In this document: positions 27,405 through 36,727 of the stretch, in pieces
Layout of the letters: the number at the start of each line of letters is the position of its first letter
Position numbering within the stretch: position 1 is the stretch's first letter
From: Parcubacteria group bacterium
GTDB lineage: Bacteria > Patescibacteriota > Minisyncoccia > Moranbacterales > UBA2206
Direction: 5' to 3'
DNA length: 64,000 nt
Assembly: GCA_041674205.1 (NCBI GenBank)
Contig: JBAYWF010000001.1
Coordinates: 37,449 to 101,448, forward strand
Translations under genes and position numbers: made by a program
The notes under the pieces: model-generated
Told to the model about the DNA's origin: nothing
Database searches by the model: none
The model's input: only the letters and a program-made list of their open reading frames with translations

Positions 27405-28526
27405 TTATTTTTTGTGGCGAGAGCATAACAATGCCCTGATCTCATAATCGAGAGCGAGGACGCTGCTTCTCAGGAACGAAGCGCACTCGTCGATCTCCGT
27501 GATTTCCGCGATCTCAAACTGGAAATCATCATGCGATGCGGCTATGTCACAAGAATGCAACAAGCTGTATTTTTTGATTATCATCCGGTATAGTTCGCTG
27601 GAAATGTTCGATCTTAGGCGGTTTATCCGTTCCGCTTCATGCAGGCGGATGGCGGATTCCTGGTCCGCCGTTCCGCGTGTTATCAGTAAGGCCTGCAAAT
27701 TATTTGCGGGACAGGCCGATTCCCAAAGTTTTTCTTTGAGGATGATTTTCCTTTGGGTGACTAGGTCTCCGGAGATATTTTCCACCATCCCCATCAACGT
27801 ATCTCCCAGGGTTTTTTTTGAAAAAACTTTGTTTTTTTCGTTTAGGAACGGAGTGATGATATCCCAGAAAACGCATTCCCCGGCCGTAACGGACGGAGTG
27901 AAATGGAATTTCCCCAATGATCGTTCCGCTTTTTCCAATAGGCGCTGGCCATATTCCCCAAGCCGATCGTTTATTTCCGGATTATGGAAATCCAAATTGG
28001 GAAAAGGAACTTTTGAGACTTCGGAAATGACCAGGTCCCTTAAACCGAGATGCAATGGTCGGCAGGCCGATCCGCCAATCGCGCAAGGCATCATCTCATC
28101 GACGCTGCCAATACTTCTTTTAACCAGTACATCGAATTCGTCTCCGCCTGCCCGATCGATTTCCATAGTCAGCGAATGCTTTTTGCAAAAAGCATAGACC
28201 GCTTGATTATGGAGAACTCCGGCGACCAGATCGAGCAAAGCATCTCCCAGCCTATGGTTGCCGATATCATTGACCGTTTTCAGACCATCCAGATCGAAAC
28301 GGATCTTGGCGACCTGTTTCAGTCGCGTTTTGATTTCGGCTATCGGGTAGCCGTTGAAAAGAGTTTGGATAAAAATGTTGCGAATCTCGTTTTTTATCCA
28401 AGCTCCGCCCTCGTGGAAGCCATGTTTGGCTGCCAAATTCTCGTAATTTTGAGGGGGGTGAATCTTCCCATCGTCATTTAGCGCTACGTTACTTATCAAT
28501 TCTTGTAATTCGCTTTCCGCAGACAT
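27405..28526 (-). CDS. GGDEF-domain protein (putative diguanylate cyclase) with unknown C-terminal domain
   Basis: RFDLDGLKTVNDIGNHRLGDALL and intact active-site RAGGDEFDVLV. Two hairpin terminators downstream (27363-27395 and 27320-27345). Confidence 0.75.
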   Translation of the reverse strand: MSAESELQELISNVALNDDGKIHPPQNYENLAAKHGFHEGGAWIKNEIRNIFIQTLFNGYPIAEIKTRLKQVAKIRFDLDGLKTVNDIGNHRLGDALLDLVAGVLHNQAVYAFCKKHSLTMEIDRAGGDEFDVLVKRSIGSVDEMMPCAIGGSACRPLHLGLRDLVISEVSKVPFPNLDFHNPEINDRLGEYGQRLLEKAERSLGKFHFTPSVTAGECVFWDIITPFLNEKNKVFSKKTLGDTLMGMVENISGDLVTQRKIILKEKLWESACPANNLQALLITRGTADQESAIRLHEAERINRLRSNISSELYRMIIKKYSLLHSCDIAASHDDFQFEIAEITEIDECASFLRSSVLALDYEIRALLCSRHKK

Positions 28527-28653
28527 ACGTTATTTCTCCTGTCGAATTTTAAGATTGATACTTAAGTCCACCTAGCTGTCGGCCAAAGTGCGGCCTTTGG
28601 TTTCCAAATAGGCGGACTTAAATTTTTAAAAGAATCCGCGTTGCTGAAGGATA

Positions 28654-31600
28654 TTATAAATCAGTCACCCGTTCGATTTCTTCGAGGGTGGTTTCGCCCT
28701 CCAGGACTTTCAATACGCCGTCTTGGGCCATAGTGAGCATTCCGTTTTCAATGGCCTTGTCGGCGAGTTCGGAAGTGATGGCGCCCTGCGTGATGAGAGC
28801 CTGGATGTCCTTATCGATGACGAACACCTCGCTGACCGTAGTGCGGCCCTTATAGCCGAGATAGTTGCATTTCTCGCAGCCTTTAGGTTTGCATATTTTT
28901 TCAATCGGCGGAATTTCCACTCCTGATTTCGGCGAAATCGTTTTGATGACCATGGTGATTTTTTCTTTCTCTTCGAATGTCGGCACGTTTTTTTCTTTGC
29001 AGCTACATAGTTTGCGCACCAGGCGTTGCGCCATAAAGGCATTCACGCCGGATGCGATGTCAGAAGGCGAGACGTCCATATTGAGCATCCTTTGGACCGC
29101 TCCAGCCGCGTTGTTGGTATGGATGGTCGAAAGCACCAGGTGTCCGGTAAGCGCGGCCTGCACGGCGACCTCGGCGGTTTCATTGTCACGGATTTCGCCT
29201 ATCATCATAATGTCCGGATTCTGGCGCAAGAGTGAGCGCAGGGCGGTCGGGAAAGTGTAGCCTTCCTTGTCGTTCACGGGAGTTTGCAACAGGCCTTCGA
29301 TTTGGTATTCGATTGGATCTTCCACGGTGATGATTTTCACTTCGGGTTTATTGAGGATATTCAAGAGACTGTAGAGAGTGGTGGTTTTTCCGGAGCCGGT
29401 CGGTCCGGTATTGAGGAAAACCCCATTCGGTTTGGAAATTTCATGCAGGATTTTTTTCTTATTCTGTTCGCGGATGCCGAGCTTGTTGATATCCAATTCT
29501 TGCGAGGCTTTGCTCAGGAGCCGCATTACCACGGTTTCTCCGTAGCCGCCAAGGATGATGGAGATGCGTACGTCAAGCGATTTTTCCTTGATGTCGGCGA
29601 TCTCGTCGGCGAAACGGATTGTAAAACGGCTGTCGACGACGCCTTCGCGTACTTGGGATTTGACGCCGCTCAGGATCTTTATTTCACCGAGGATCGCCGG
29701 ATATTCGTTGAGCGGCAAAGCCACGACGGTTTGTAGGATGCCGTCGATGCGGAACCGGAATTTGACATCGCTTTGTCCCGGCTCGATATGGATGTCGCCG
29801 ACACCGAGCAATGAGGCGGCCGCGAAGATGATTTTGTTGATGTCGGTGACTTTGGCGAGATAGATGGCGGCTTGGAGTTTTTTGAAATCACTGATGTTTT
29901 CTTGGGCTTTGGCGAAGGAGTCTTCATCGACTAGGATATTGCGGCCGAGCGATTGTGACATCAGTTTTTCATAGACACCTTCCAAGAAATCACCTTCGCC
30001 CGTGACACGCTTCACTTCATCGATGGAGGTTATGCCGCTTAACGCTTTTAAAATCCCGTCTTGCAACATCGTGATCATCCCGGCTTCCAGCGCGGCCACG
30101 GTCAATTCGGTTTCTCCGGCTAAATTGAGAATCAGACCCTCCAAATCTTCATTGAGGGTGAGTACTTCAAAGATGCCGATGCGACCCTTATAACCGAGGT
30201 TGTTGCACTTAGGGCAGCCTTTCGGCCGGTAGAGCTTGGTGATTTCTTTGGGCACTTCGACTTTGGCCTTAGGGGATATGATGGATAATATTTTTTTAAT
30301 GGAAGCGAGGGATTCGTTGGCCGGCACATATTCCTCCTTGCAATCGCACAATTTGCGCACCAATCTTTGGCCGATGATCGCGTTGACGGCGGGAACAATG
30401 AGCGAGGGTTTTACGCCCATCTCGATGAGGCGGGGGATGGTTCCGATAGCATTGTTGGTATGGATGGTGGAAAGGACTAAATGCCCGGTCAGCGCCGAGT
30501 TGACGGCGATGTCGGCCGTTTCCTCATCGCGGATTTCTCCTACTAGGATGACATCCGGATCTTGCCTGACGATGGCGCGCAAGCCGTTGGCGAAAGTATA
30601 GCCGCGGGATCTTTCGATTTGGGTCTGGGAAATGCCGGCGACTTCATATTCGATCGGATCTTCGATAGTGATGATTTTCGTTTCCGGATCATTGAGCTTG
30701 TTGATGAAGGAATAGAGGGTGGTGGTTTTGCCGGAACCGGTCGGCCCGGTCGTAAGGATCATCCCATTAGGCGCGGAAATCTGTTTTTGTAATTCCTCAT
30801 ATGCCAGGCCTTGCAATCCCAGGCTTTCCACATCGGTTTGGATGGATGAAGGATCAAGAAGGCGCATAACCACGCTTTCTCCGAAACTGCCTGGAATGAT
30901 GGAAACGCGGATGGCGATTTTTTTAGCCTCGATGTTGACTTCGAAAGTCCCATCCTGGGCGATGTCGCGCAGGTTTATTTTCATACCGGACATCATCTTT
31001 ATCCTGGAAATGATGGTCTTGAAGATGTTCAGGGGCAAAAAAGCTACGTCATGCAGGACGCCGTCGATCCGATAGCGCAGGCGGAACTCTTTTTCCTGCG
31101 GTTCGATGTGGATATCGCTCGCGCCAAGTTTGTAGGCGCCGCCCATGACGATGTTCAAGACCTGGGTGGTCGGCAGTTCATTGATCCGTTGCTTCAGGGT
31201 GATAAGGTCTTTCAGATATTCATCGAATTTTTCCAGATCGTCCCCGGTAAGGTTGACGCTCAGTTGGGAGAGGATATCGGTGAAGACGATTTTCTTATAT
31301 TTCTCCAAGACCTTGCCCATATTGTATTGGGAAATCACGAAAATCTGGGTATCCCAACCTCTGGTTTCGGAAAGATTTTTCAAATACCCGATAGTTTTCA
31401 ATTGTATCGGATCGGGCGAAACTATCGTAGCTTTCTTGCCGACTTTCTGGATGATGGCGACATTATAGAGTCTCGCGTCTTCCTCGGATAGCAACTTTAG
31501 GCTTTCGGTGCTAATCGGTACGAGGTTGGTGTCAAGATAGGGAAGTCCGAGCGCTGCTGCGAAAGCCGCCGCTTGCTCTTCCTCGGATTGATGGCGCAAG

Positions 31601-31689
31601 TTGGACAGGACTTTGGCGGTGTCGGTTTCTTTTTGGGAAGCCCCGACGGTTCCCAGGGAAGATGAATGGTCTCTTAATATTTTTATCAT
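28654..31689 (-). CDS. Tandem-duplicated, fused type II/IV secretion-system ATPase (two complete GspE/PilB modules in one 1011-aa protein)
   Basis: N-terminal T2SE_Nter-like domain, then two full modules each with Walker A GPTGSGKTTTLYS, Asp box, Walker B VGEIRD, His box GHLVLSTIHTN and a tetra-Cys motif (CxC...CxKC). The two halves are also similar at DNA level (about 29100-29240 vs 30440-30580). Confidence 0.85.
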   Translation of the reverse strand: MIKILRDHSSSLGTVGASQKETDTAKVLSNLRHQSEEEQAAAFAAALGLPYLDTNLVPISTESLKLLSEEDARLYNVAIIQKVGKKATIVSPDPIQLKTIGYLKNLSETRGWDTQIFVISQYNMGKVLEKYKKIVFTDILSQLSVNLTGDDLEKFDEYLKDLITLKQRINELPTTQVLNIVMGGAYKLGASDIHIEPQEKEFRLRYRIDGVLHDVAFLPLNIFKTIISRIKMMSGMKINLRDIAQDGTFEVNIEAKKIAIRVSIIPGSFGESVVMRLLDPSSIQTDVESLGLQGLAYEELQKQISAPNGMILTTGPTGSGKTTTLYSFINKLNDPETKIITIEDPIEYEVAGISQTQIERSRGYTFANGLRAIVRQDPDVILVGEIRDEETADIAVNSALTGHLVLSTIHTNNAIGTIPRLIEMGVKPSLIVPAVNAIIGQRLVRKLCDCKEEYVPANESLASIKKILSIISPKAKVEVPKEITKLYRPKGCPKCNNLGYKGRIGIFEVLTLNEDLEGLILNLAGETELTVAALEAGMITMLQDGILKALSGITSIDEVKRVTGEGDFLEGVYEKLMSQSLGRNILVDEDSFAKAQENISDFKKLQAAIYLAKVTDINKIIFAAASLLGVGDIHIEPGQSDVKFRFRIDGILQTVVALPLNEYPAILGEIKILSGVKSQVREGVVDSRFTIRFADEIADIKEKSLDVRISIILGGYGETVVMRLLSKASQELDINKLGIREQNKKKILHEISKPNGVFLNTGPTGSGKTTTLYSLLNILNKPEVKIITVEDPIEYQIEGLLQTPVNDKEGYTFPTALRSLLRQNPDIMMIGEIRDNETAEVAVQAALTGHLVLSTIHTNNAAGAVQRMLNMDVSPSDIASGVNAFMAQRLVRKLCSCKEKNVPTFEEKEKITMVIKTISPKSGVEIPPIEKICKPKGCEKCNYLGYKGRTTVSEVFVIDKDIQALITQGAITSELADKAIENGMLTMAQDGVLKVLEGETTLEEIERVTDL

Positions 31690-31763
31690 AAGGATGCGGC
31701 TTCAGTTTTTGTTTATTTTACTTCATTTTACTTCATTTTCCGCTATCCTACAAATCGCAGGCA

Positions 31764-31789
31764 CAAAAAAACTCCCATTGCAGGAGTTT
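31764..31789 (-). terminator. Terminator downstream of the DHH gene (minus strand)
   Basis: AACTCC-CATTGC-AGGAGTT hairpin with an A-run on plus (T-run on minus). Confidence 0.6.
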
Positions 31790-31852
31790 ATCCGGGGGAT
31801 GTTTTTCAAAGCCGGTTTCTGATAATTTTCCAAGGCCGGGTCCGGAGGAAAA

Positions 31853-32983
31853 TCAATGGCTGATTTCTTTCATTTTCTTGGCGATGGATTCTCCGGCTTC
31901 CGCCAAGTTCGGCGTCGCCAGCCGTATTTCAAGCGTATCGCGCTTGAGTGTGCCGTTGAAAAAAGGATTTATTTTTTTGAGCAAATTTTGGTCGGGTGAT
32001 TTCAATTTTGCCACGGTCGAAGCGGTCGTGTCGTTGTAGAGGGCCATAAAAATCTTGCCGTCGCTGTAATTTTCCTGCAGTTTTTCCAAAATCAGCGAAA
32101 CATCGGTCGGATTGGAGCGGCTTTGCACGAAATCTTCCACGCTGAGGATCGTCCAGACCAGCTTGGTCTGTTCGTCCAGGTTAAGGTTGGACATCGCGCG
32201 TCCCCAGAGCTTCAGGATATGGAGCGGCTGGGTTTTGTATAGCCAGCGAATGATGGTTTGCTGATCGGCTTGTTTATCCATCAGGGCGGCGGCGGTCAGG
32301 AGAGCCCGGGGCGTGGTATTTTTCTTCTGGAAGCTTTCGGTGGCGCTGATGATACCGGTCAGGAGACAGTTGGCGATATTTTTGTCGATGAGATCCGCTC
32401 CCATATCATTGAGGGCGGCGCCCAAGATCTCGCTGCAGGAGGAGGCGGTGATGTCGACCAGGTTGATTTGGCCGAAATTGTCATTGTCGCTCCGGTGGTC
32501 AATGTTGACGATTGGCACTTCGAAAAACAGATCGGGATTGTTCTCATAGATTTTGCCGAGCCTTTCCAGGTCCGGGCTGTCGATGATCACGATCAGATCA
32601 TATTTGAATTTGGCCAGGATGAAAGAAAAATCTTTCGGATTAAGGGCGCCTTTTTCCGGAGTGAGATAGACATTGAATTTATCATCGGTTTTTTCGGTGC
32701 GGACATTTTGGATTTTGTTGTAAGTCGTATTGAAAGAAAGCACGAAATCCCGGGCGCCGGAAATTTCCGTCAGGATTTTTTCCGGTTTGGGTAGGAAGTC
32801 ATATTTGGCGGAAAGATGGTTGGAAAAAGCGATTGAAGCCTGGACATTTTTTTTCTGCAGGAAAAAATAGAGCGCCCAGGCGCTGCCGACCGCGTCCCCG
32901 CTGGGATTTTCTGGAATCAAAATCAGGACATCTTGCGCTTTGTCCAAAAATTGCTTGAATTGTTCTTGTGGGGTGAGACTCAT
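31853..32983 (-). CDS. DHH-family phosphoesterase (NrnA-like oligoribonuclease / pAp phosphatase)
   Basis: DHH motif (IVNIDHRSDN), DHHA1-like C-terminal region (GGGH-type). Confidence 0.75.
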   Translation of the reverse strand: MSLTPQEQFKQFLDKAQDVLILIPENPSGDAVGSAWALYFFLQKKNVQASIAFSNHLSAKYDFLPKPEKILTEISGARDFVLSFNTTYNKIQNVRTEKTDDKFNVYLTPEKGALNPKDFSFILAKFKYDLIVIIDSPDLERLGKIYENNPDLFFEVPIVNIDHRSDNDNFGQINLVDITASSCSEILGAALNDMGADLIDKNIANCLLTGIISATESFQKKNTTPRALLTAAALMDKQADQQTIIRWLYKTQPLHILKLWGRAMSNLNLDEQTKLVWTILSVEDFVQSRSNPTDVSLILEKLQENYSDGKIFMALYNDTTASTVAKLKSPDQNLLKKINPFFNGTLKRDTLEIRLATPNLAEAGESIAKKMKEISH

Positions 32984-33119
32984 AATTTAAAAACCGTTGA
33001 TTTTAAGGCAGTATTACAAGATAACAGGATGGAAAGCGCGTGTCAAATGAAATGAAAAAACAGCGGATGGAAGCATGCAACCCCTTTTCTTTTTGGCAAA
33101 TTGTAGCTAACATAGATAT

Positions 33120-33593
33120 ATGACACCAAAAGAATCCATCACCGATAATTTCCAAGAAACGCGCAAGCTGGGCGGGCTTTTGGCTTTGGAGATTGAAAGC
33201 GGACGCCAACAAAATCCGGCATCTGGGAAAGCCCAAATATTTTGTCTGGAAGGGGATTTGGGCGCCGGCAAGACCACTTTCACCCAAGGGCTTTTGGAGG
33301 GCTTGGGCGCCGAAGGGCCGTACACTAGTCCGACTTTTTTGATAATGAAACACTACGAAGTAAAAATCCAAAATCCAAAAACAAAAGTTCAAAATATATA
33401 CCACCTTGACGCATACCGGGTGGGCGAGGAGGATATTTTGAGTTTGGGTTGGGAGGAACTGGTTTCCGATCCGAAAAACGTCATAATCGTGGAATGGCCG
33501 GAACGCATCGAAAAAATCCTGCCGGAGCAAGCGGTCAGGATGCGATTCGAATGGCTGGATGAAAATCGGAGGAAAATAACTTTTGGAAAATAA
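33120..33593 (+). CDS. tsaE: tRNA threonylcarbamoyladenosine biosynthesis protein TsaE (YjeE)
   Basis: P-loop GDLGAGKTTFTQGLL and overall 157-aa TsaE architecture. Confidence 0.85.
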   Translation: MTPKESITDNFQETRKLGGLLALEIESGRQQNPASGKAQIFCLEGDLGAGKTTFTQGLLEGLGAEGPYTSPTFLIMKHYEVKIQNPKTKVQNIYHLDAYRVGEEDILSLGWEELVSDPKNVIIVEWPERIEKILPEQAVRMRFEWLDENRRKITFGK

Positions 33594-33630
33594 AAAAAAT
33601 CTTGCCGATGCGGCAAGATTTTTTTAACGG

Positions 33631-34635
33631 TCAGTTTATTTCAATGTCCACGTGGATGATTTCCGGCACTTTTTGCTGGATCTTTTTTTCAATCTTGTCG
33701 ATTTTATTGCCGATGAGACGCGGCACCCGGTCGATGTAGTCTACGCAAAAACGCAAGAATTCCTCATAATCATCTTTGATGTATTCGTATTCATCCTTCA
33801 GCACACCATCGCGGTAGGCTTCTTTCATAAGCGCCGGGCCGTTGAATTCGACTTCGCACTTGATGCGGTATTTGCCATAATCCAAAACCGATGATTTGAA
33901 ATCGATGACTTTTTCAATAGCGGGCTCCTTGGCAAGGATTTTCAATACGGCTTTTTTGAGTTCTTCCGGGATGGCCTTGCCCATCAGATATTGATGGTTT
34001 TTGCTGATAAGCAGGATCGCTACGACACCCAACAAGACGCCGATTATGATTGATCCGATGGCATCCCAATAATAATTTCCGGTCACTTCAGCCATGATAA
34101 TGCTGACGAAAGCCACGAGGATTCCTAAGACCGCTACGCCATCCTCATAGAGCACGGCGACTGAGGACGGGTCGCTATCTTCCAATGATTCGAATAATCC
34201 TTTGTCTTTCTTTTTTATTTCCCGTAGGGCTATGAAAAAAGTGGCTGTTTCAATCAGCAGGGAAATGAGCAGGATGATGAAAATCACGGGTGAGATGTGG
34301 GATTCTTGTTTATGCAATAGGCTGTCGACGCCTTTGTATATCGTGACTCCGGCACCTAAAAAGAAAATCCCACAAGCGGAAATGAGCGCCCAAAAAAATC
34401 TTTCATTGCCGTAACCATAGGAAAATTCATCGTTAGCCTTTTTGGTGGAGCGGCTGATGCCGACTAGAAGCAATCCTTGGTTGGCGGTGTCAGCCAGGCT
34501 GTGGACCGCTTCGGAAAAAAGCGCGCCGGATCCGGATAGGAAAAACCCCGTGAATTTTAAAATCGTTATTATGAAATTGCCGCCCAAAGCGGATGCGACT
34601 GGCCAAAAACCGGAGATTTTTTCAGGATGAACCAT
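33631..34635 (-). CDS. Cation diffusion facilitator (CDF) family metal efflux transporter
   Basis: Six TM helices, HSLADTANQ and AILLIS signature region, cytoplasmic C-terminal domain. Confidence 0.85.
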   Translation of the reverse strand: MVHPEKISGFWPVASALGGNFIITILKFTGFFLSGSGALFSEAVHSLADTANQGLLLVGISRSTKKANDEFSYGYGNERFFWALISACGIFFLGAGVTIYKGVDSLLHKQESHISPVIFIILLISLLIETATFFIALREIKKKDKGLFESLEDSDPSSVAVLYEDGVAVLGILVAFVSIIMAEVTGNYYWDAIGSIIIGVLLGVVAILLISKNHQYLMGKAIPEELKKAVLKILAKEPAIEKVIDFKSSVLDYGKYRIKCEVEFNGPALMKEAYRDGVLKDEYEYIKDDYEEFLRFCVDYIDRVPRLIGNKIDKIEKKIQQKVPEIIHVDIEIN

Positions 34636-34792
34636 CGGATGAAATAGTGATTATAACTACGATTATAGCTTAAAAAGCGGGAATTGACGAGGGATGTTTC
34701 AATGGAAAAGAAAACAAAAAAAATGGAAAGCAATGATGAGTAGTGCGGCACGTAACAGCGATTATGTGCCGTTTTTTTGTTCCCAGAAAACC

Positions 34793-34933
34793 GAAAACCG
34801 CCCCGTTTCCGCAGAACATCAAGAGAATCTGAGTTGATTCCCAAGAGAGAGATTTGGGTAAATCGCTCAAATTCTCTCTTTTTGTCCGTCTGATAAAACA
34901 GGCGGATCGCTCTGCGGAAGCGGGGCGGTTTTT
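34793..34933 (-). other. Highly structured element: 22-nt inverted repeat (1 mismatch) enclosing three internal hairpins. Candidate riboswitch-like leader, compound terminator, or miniature inverted-repeat element
   Basis: GAAAACCGCCCCGTTTCCGCAGA (34793-34815) pairs with TCTGCGGAAGCGGGGCGGTTTTT (34911-34933). The loop contains hairpins ATCAAGAGAATCTGAGTTGAT, GAGAGAGATTTGG...CAAATTCTCTC and CCGTCTG...CAGGCGG. Sits between an unknown gene and the CDF transporter start. Confidence 0.35.
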
Positions 34934-35036
34934 CGGGAAAGCTTCCGTCTAAAACTACTATCGGAAAAGAATAATAATTTTGGAAGAAGCGGGAATCGCG
35001 CCGGCATTGCCAGGCGATTCCCAATCCAGGTGAGTT

Positions 35037-35660
35037 TTATTGGGTGTGGTCTCCCACGCCGATAACCAAGCCATCTTGGGTATCGGACTCGATCAGGAGC
35101 AATCTCTTGGATGAGGCCAAATCGCCCAGGACCCGGTTAAAAATCTCGTCTTCTGACTCTCCATTTTCGGCGATGTAGGTTTTATTAAGAAACTTTATGG
35201 GCCTGTTTTCCTGGATTGCGTATGCGACTCGGGCTTCGAATTCGAAGCTGAACGCATAGTTCATCTCCTCTTCCGAAGCCAGCGAATAGTCGCATTCCCA
35301 GTGCCATCCGTGCTCGATGATGCTGGCGAAAAGTTCATCCAGTTCGAGTTCTCCTGGCCAAATCAGCCGCTCTGATCCCGTATACGGGCCGTCAAGCAGG
35401 GTCATATACACTCCCCGGCCTGCCCTTTGCCAATGTCCAGCCGGAACCCCCAATTTAGCCAGCAGGCCTTCTTGGTTTTGCGGACGTTCAATTCTGATAT
35501 GGACAACTAGATCGCCGCTTTCCTCTTCCTCGGCCCAAATCTCCGGTTCGCCTAGGTCTAGAGTTTCCGAGGTCATTTTGATTTTTTCAAGCAAATCGCT
35601 CAATATTCCTAATGCTTCGGTGGTGAATATCAAGCTTTCCAACTGGATTTTTTCTCCCAT
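35037..35660 (-). CDS. Acidic hypothetical protein
   Basis: 207 aa ORF, no recognisable motif. Confidence 0.5.
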   Translation of the reverse strand: MGEKIQLESLIFTTEALGILSDLLEKIKMTSETLDLGEPEIWAEEEESGDLVVHIRIERPQNQEGLLAKLGVPAGHWQRAGRGVYMTLLDGPYTGSERLIWPGELELDELFASIIEHGWHWECDYSLASEEEMNYAFSFEFEARVAYAIQENRPIKFLNKTYIAENGESEDEIFNRVLGDLASSKRLLLIESDTQDGLVIGVGDHTQ

Positions 35661-35858
35661 TTCCCTTTCCTCCCCTGCGAAATTTATTTTGCGGAACGAT
35701 TTCCGCTTTTTTAAAGAGTGCGTTCTTTTGAGTCCGGCAGTCTCCTGCTGAACTTACTATTCTAGCGTAAATAATAAATTCGGCAAGAGGGGGTTTTGCA
35801 TTATGACTTCTTGGGATATAATGGACGAAGCGGAATAATTTTTTTAAAAATAAGGAAT

Positions 35859-36614
35859 ATGCGCAAAACCAAAATAATCCTGCTTTCGCTGGGCGTGCTG
35901 GTGCTGACTGGGTGTTCCCAGGAGGAGGTCAGGCAAAATACGGTGGACAATCCGGTTTTGAATCCGGCGGCCAACACGAAAGAGATGCTGGATTTGAAAA
36001 ATCAGGCCCAGAAGAATATCCAAGACTCGGTTAATAAGGGAAATGAGAAATTAAATAACGCACTTAATGAAAACGGTATGAATGACGCACAAAACGCGCT
36101 CGGGGACAACTCGGCCCTGGTGAAACAATATGCTTTCGCGACGGTCAAAACCAGCTTGGGAGACATCAAGGTGAAGCTCAACAGCGACAAGACGCCGGTG
36201 ACGGCGGGCAATTTTTTGAAATTGTCCAAGGCTGGGTTTTATGACGGCACCAAATTCCACCGCGTGATCAAAGGATTTATGATCCAGGGCGGCGACCCGA
36301 ATTCCAAAGGGACGAACAAGGCGACCTGGGGAACAGGTGGACCGAATTATCGCTTTGATGACGAACTGACCGGCCAGGAAAAATATCCGCAAGGGACCCT
36401 GGCGATGGCCAACGCCGGACCGGACACCAACGGATCGCAGTTTTTCATCGTGACGGCCAGCCCTGAGGCGCCGTTGCCGCCAAGCTACACCGTTTTCGGT
36501 TCCGTGGTATCCGGCCTGGATACCGCGCTCAAGATCGAGAACGTCAAAACCGGAGCCAATGATCGGCCGGTGGAGGACGTGGTCATCAAGAGCATCGAAC
36601 CGTTAGAAAAATAG
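35859..36614 (+). CDS. Cyclophilin-type peptidyl-prolyl cis-trans isomerase, lipoprotein form
   Basis: Lipoprotein signal MRKTKIILLSLGVLVLTGCS, cyclophilin core FHRVIKGFMIQGGDP...GTLAMANAGPDTNGSQFFI. The ORF track extends to 35796, but the signal peptide favours the 35859 start. Confidence 0.85.
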   Translation: MRKTKIILLSLGVLVLTGCSQEEVRQNTVDNPVLNPAANTKEMLDLKNQAQKNIQDSVNKGNEKLNNALNENGMNDAQNALGDNSALVKQYAFATVKTSLGDIKVKLNSDKTPVTAGNFLKLSKAGFYDGTKFHRVIKGFMIQGGDPNSKGTNKATWGTGGPNYRFDDELTGQEKYPQGTLAMANAGPDTNGSQFFIVTASPEAPLPPSYTVFGSVVSGLDTALKIENVKTGANDRPVEDVVIKSIEPLEK

Positions 36615-36668
36615 TAAAGATATACTTTTGCAAGAGCCCGCTGTATGGCGGGTTTTTGTTTGAGAGAA

Positions 36669-36698
36669 TTGACGGGGGAGTAATTATAGTGATATAAT
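36669..36698 (+). promoter_or_regulatory. Sigma70-like promoter TTGACG-18-TATAAT
   Basis: 30 nt upstream of the ORF6N gene, just after the cyclophilin terminator (GCCCGC-TGTATG-GCGGGTTTTT). Confidence 0.5.
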
Positions 36699-36727
36699 AA
36701 CACTGTAAGTTATTAAAACAAAAACAA

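Noticed and set aside
34690-34730. 13-codon ORF MEKKTKKMESNDE upstream of the CDF transporter considered as a leader peptide
   Set aside because: It is on the plus strand while the transporter is on the minus strand. Too short and unconserved to call.
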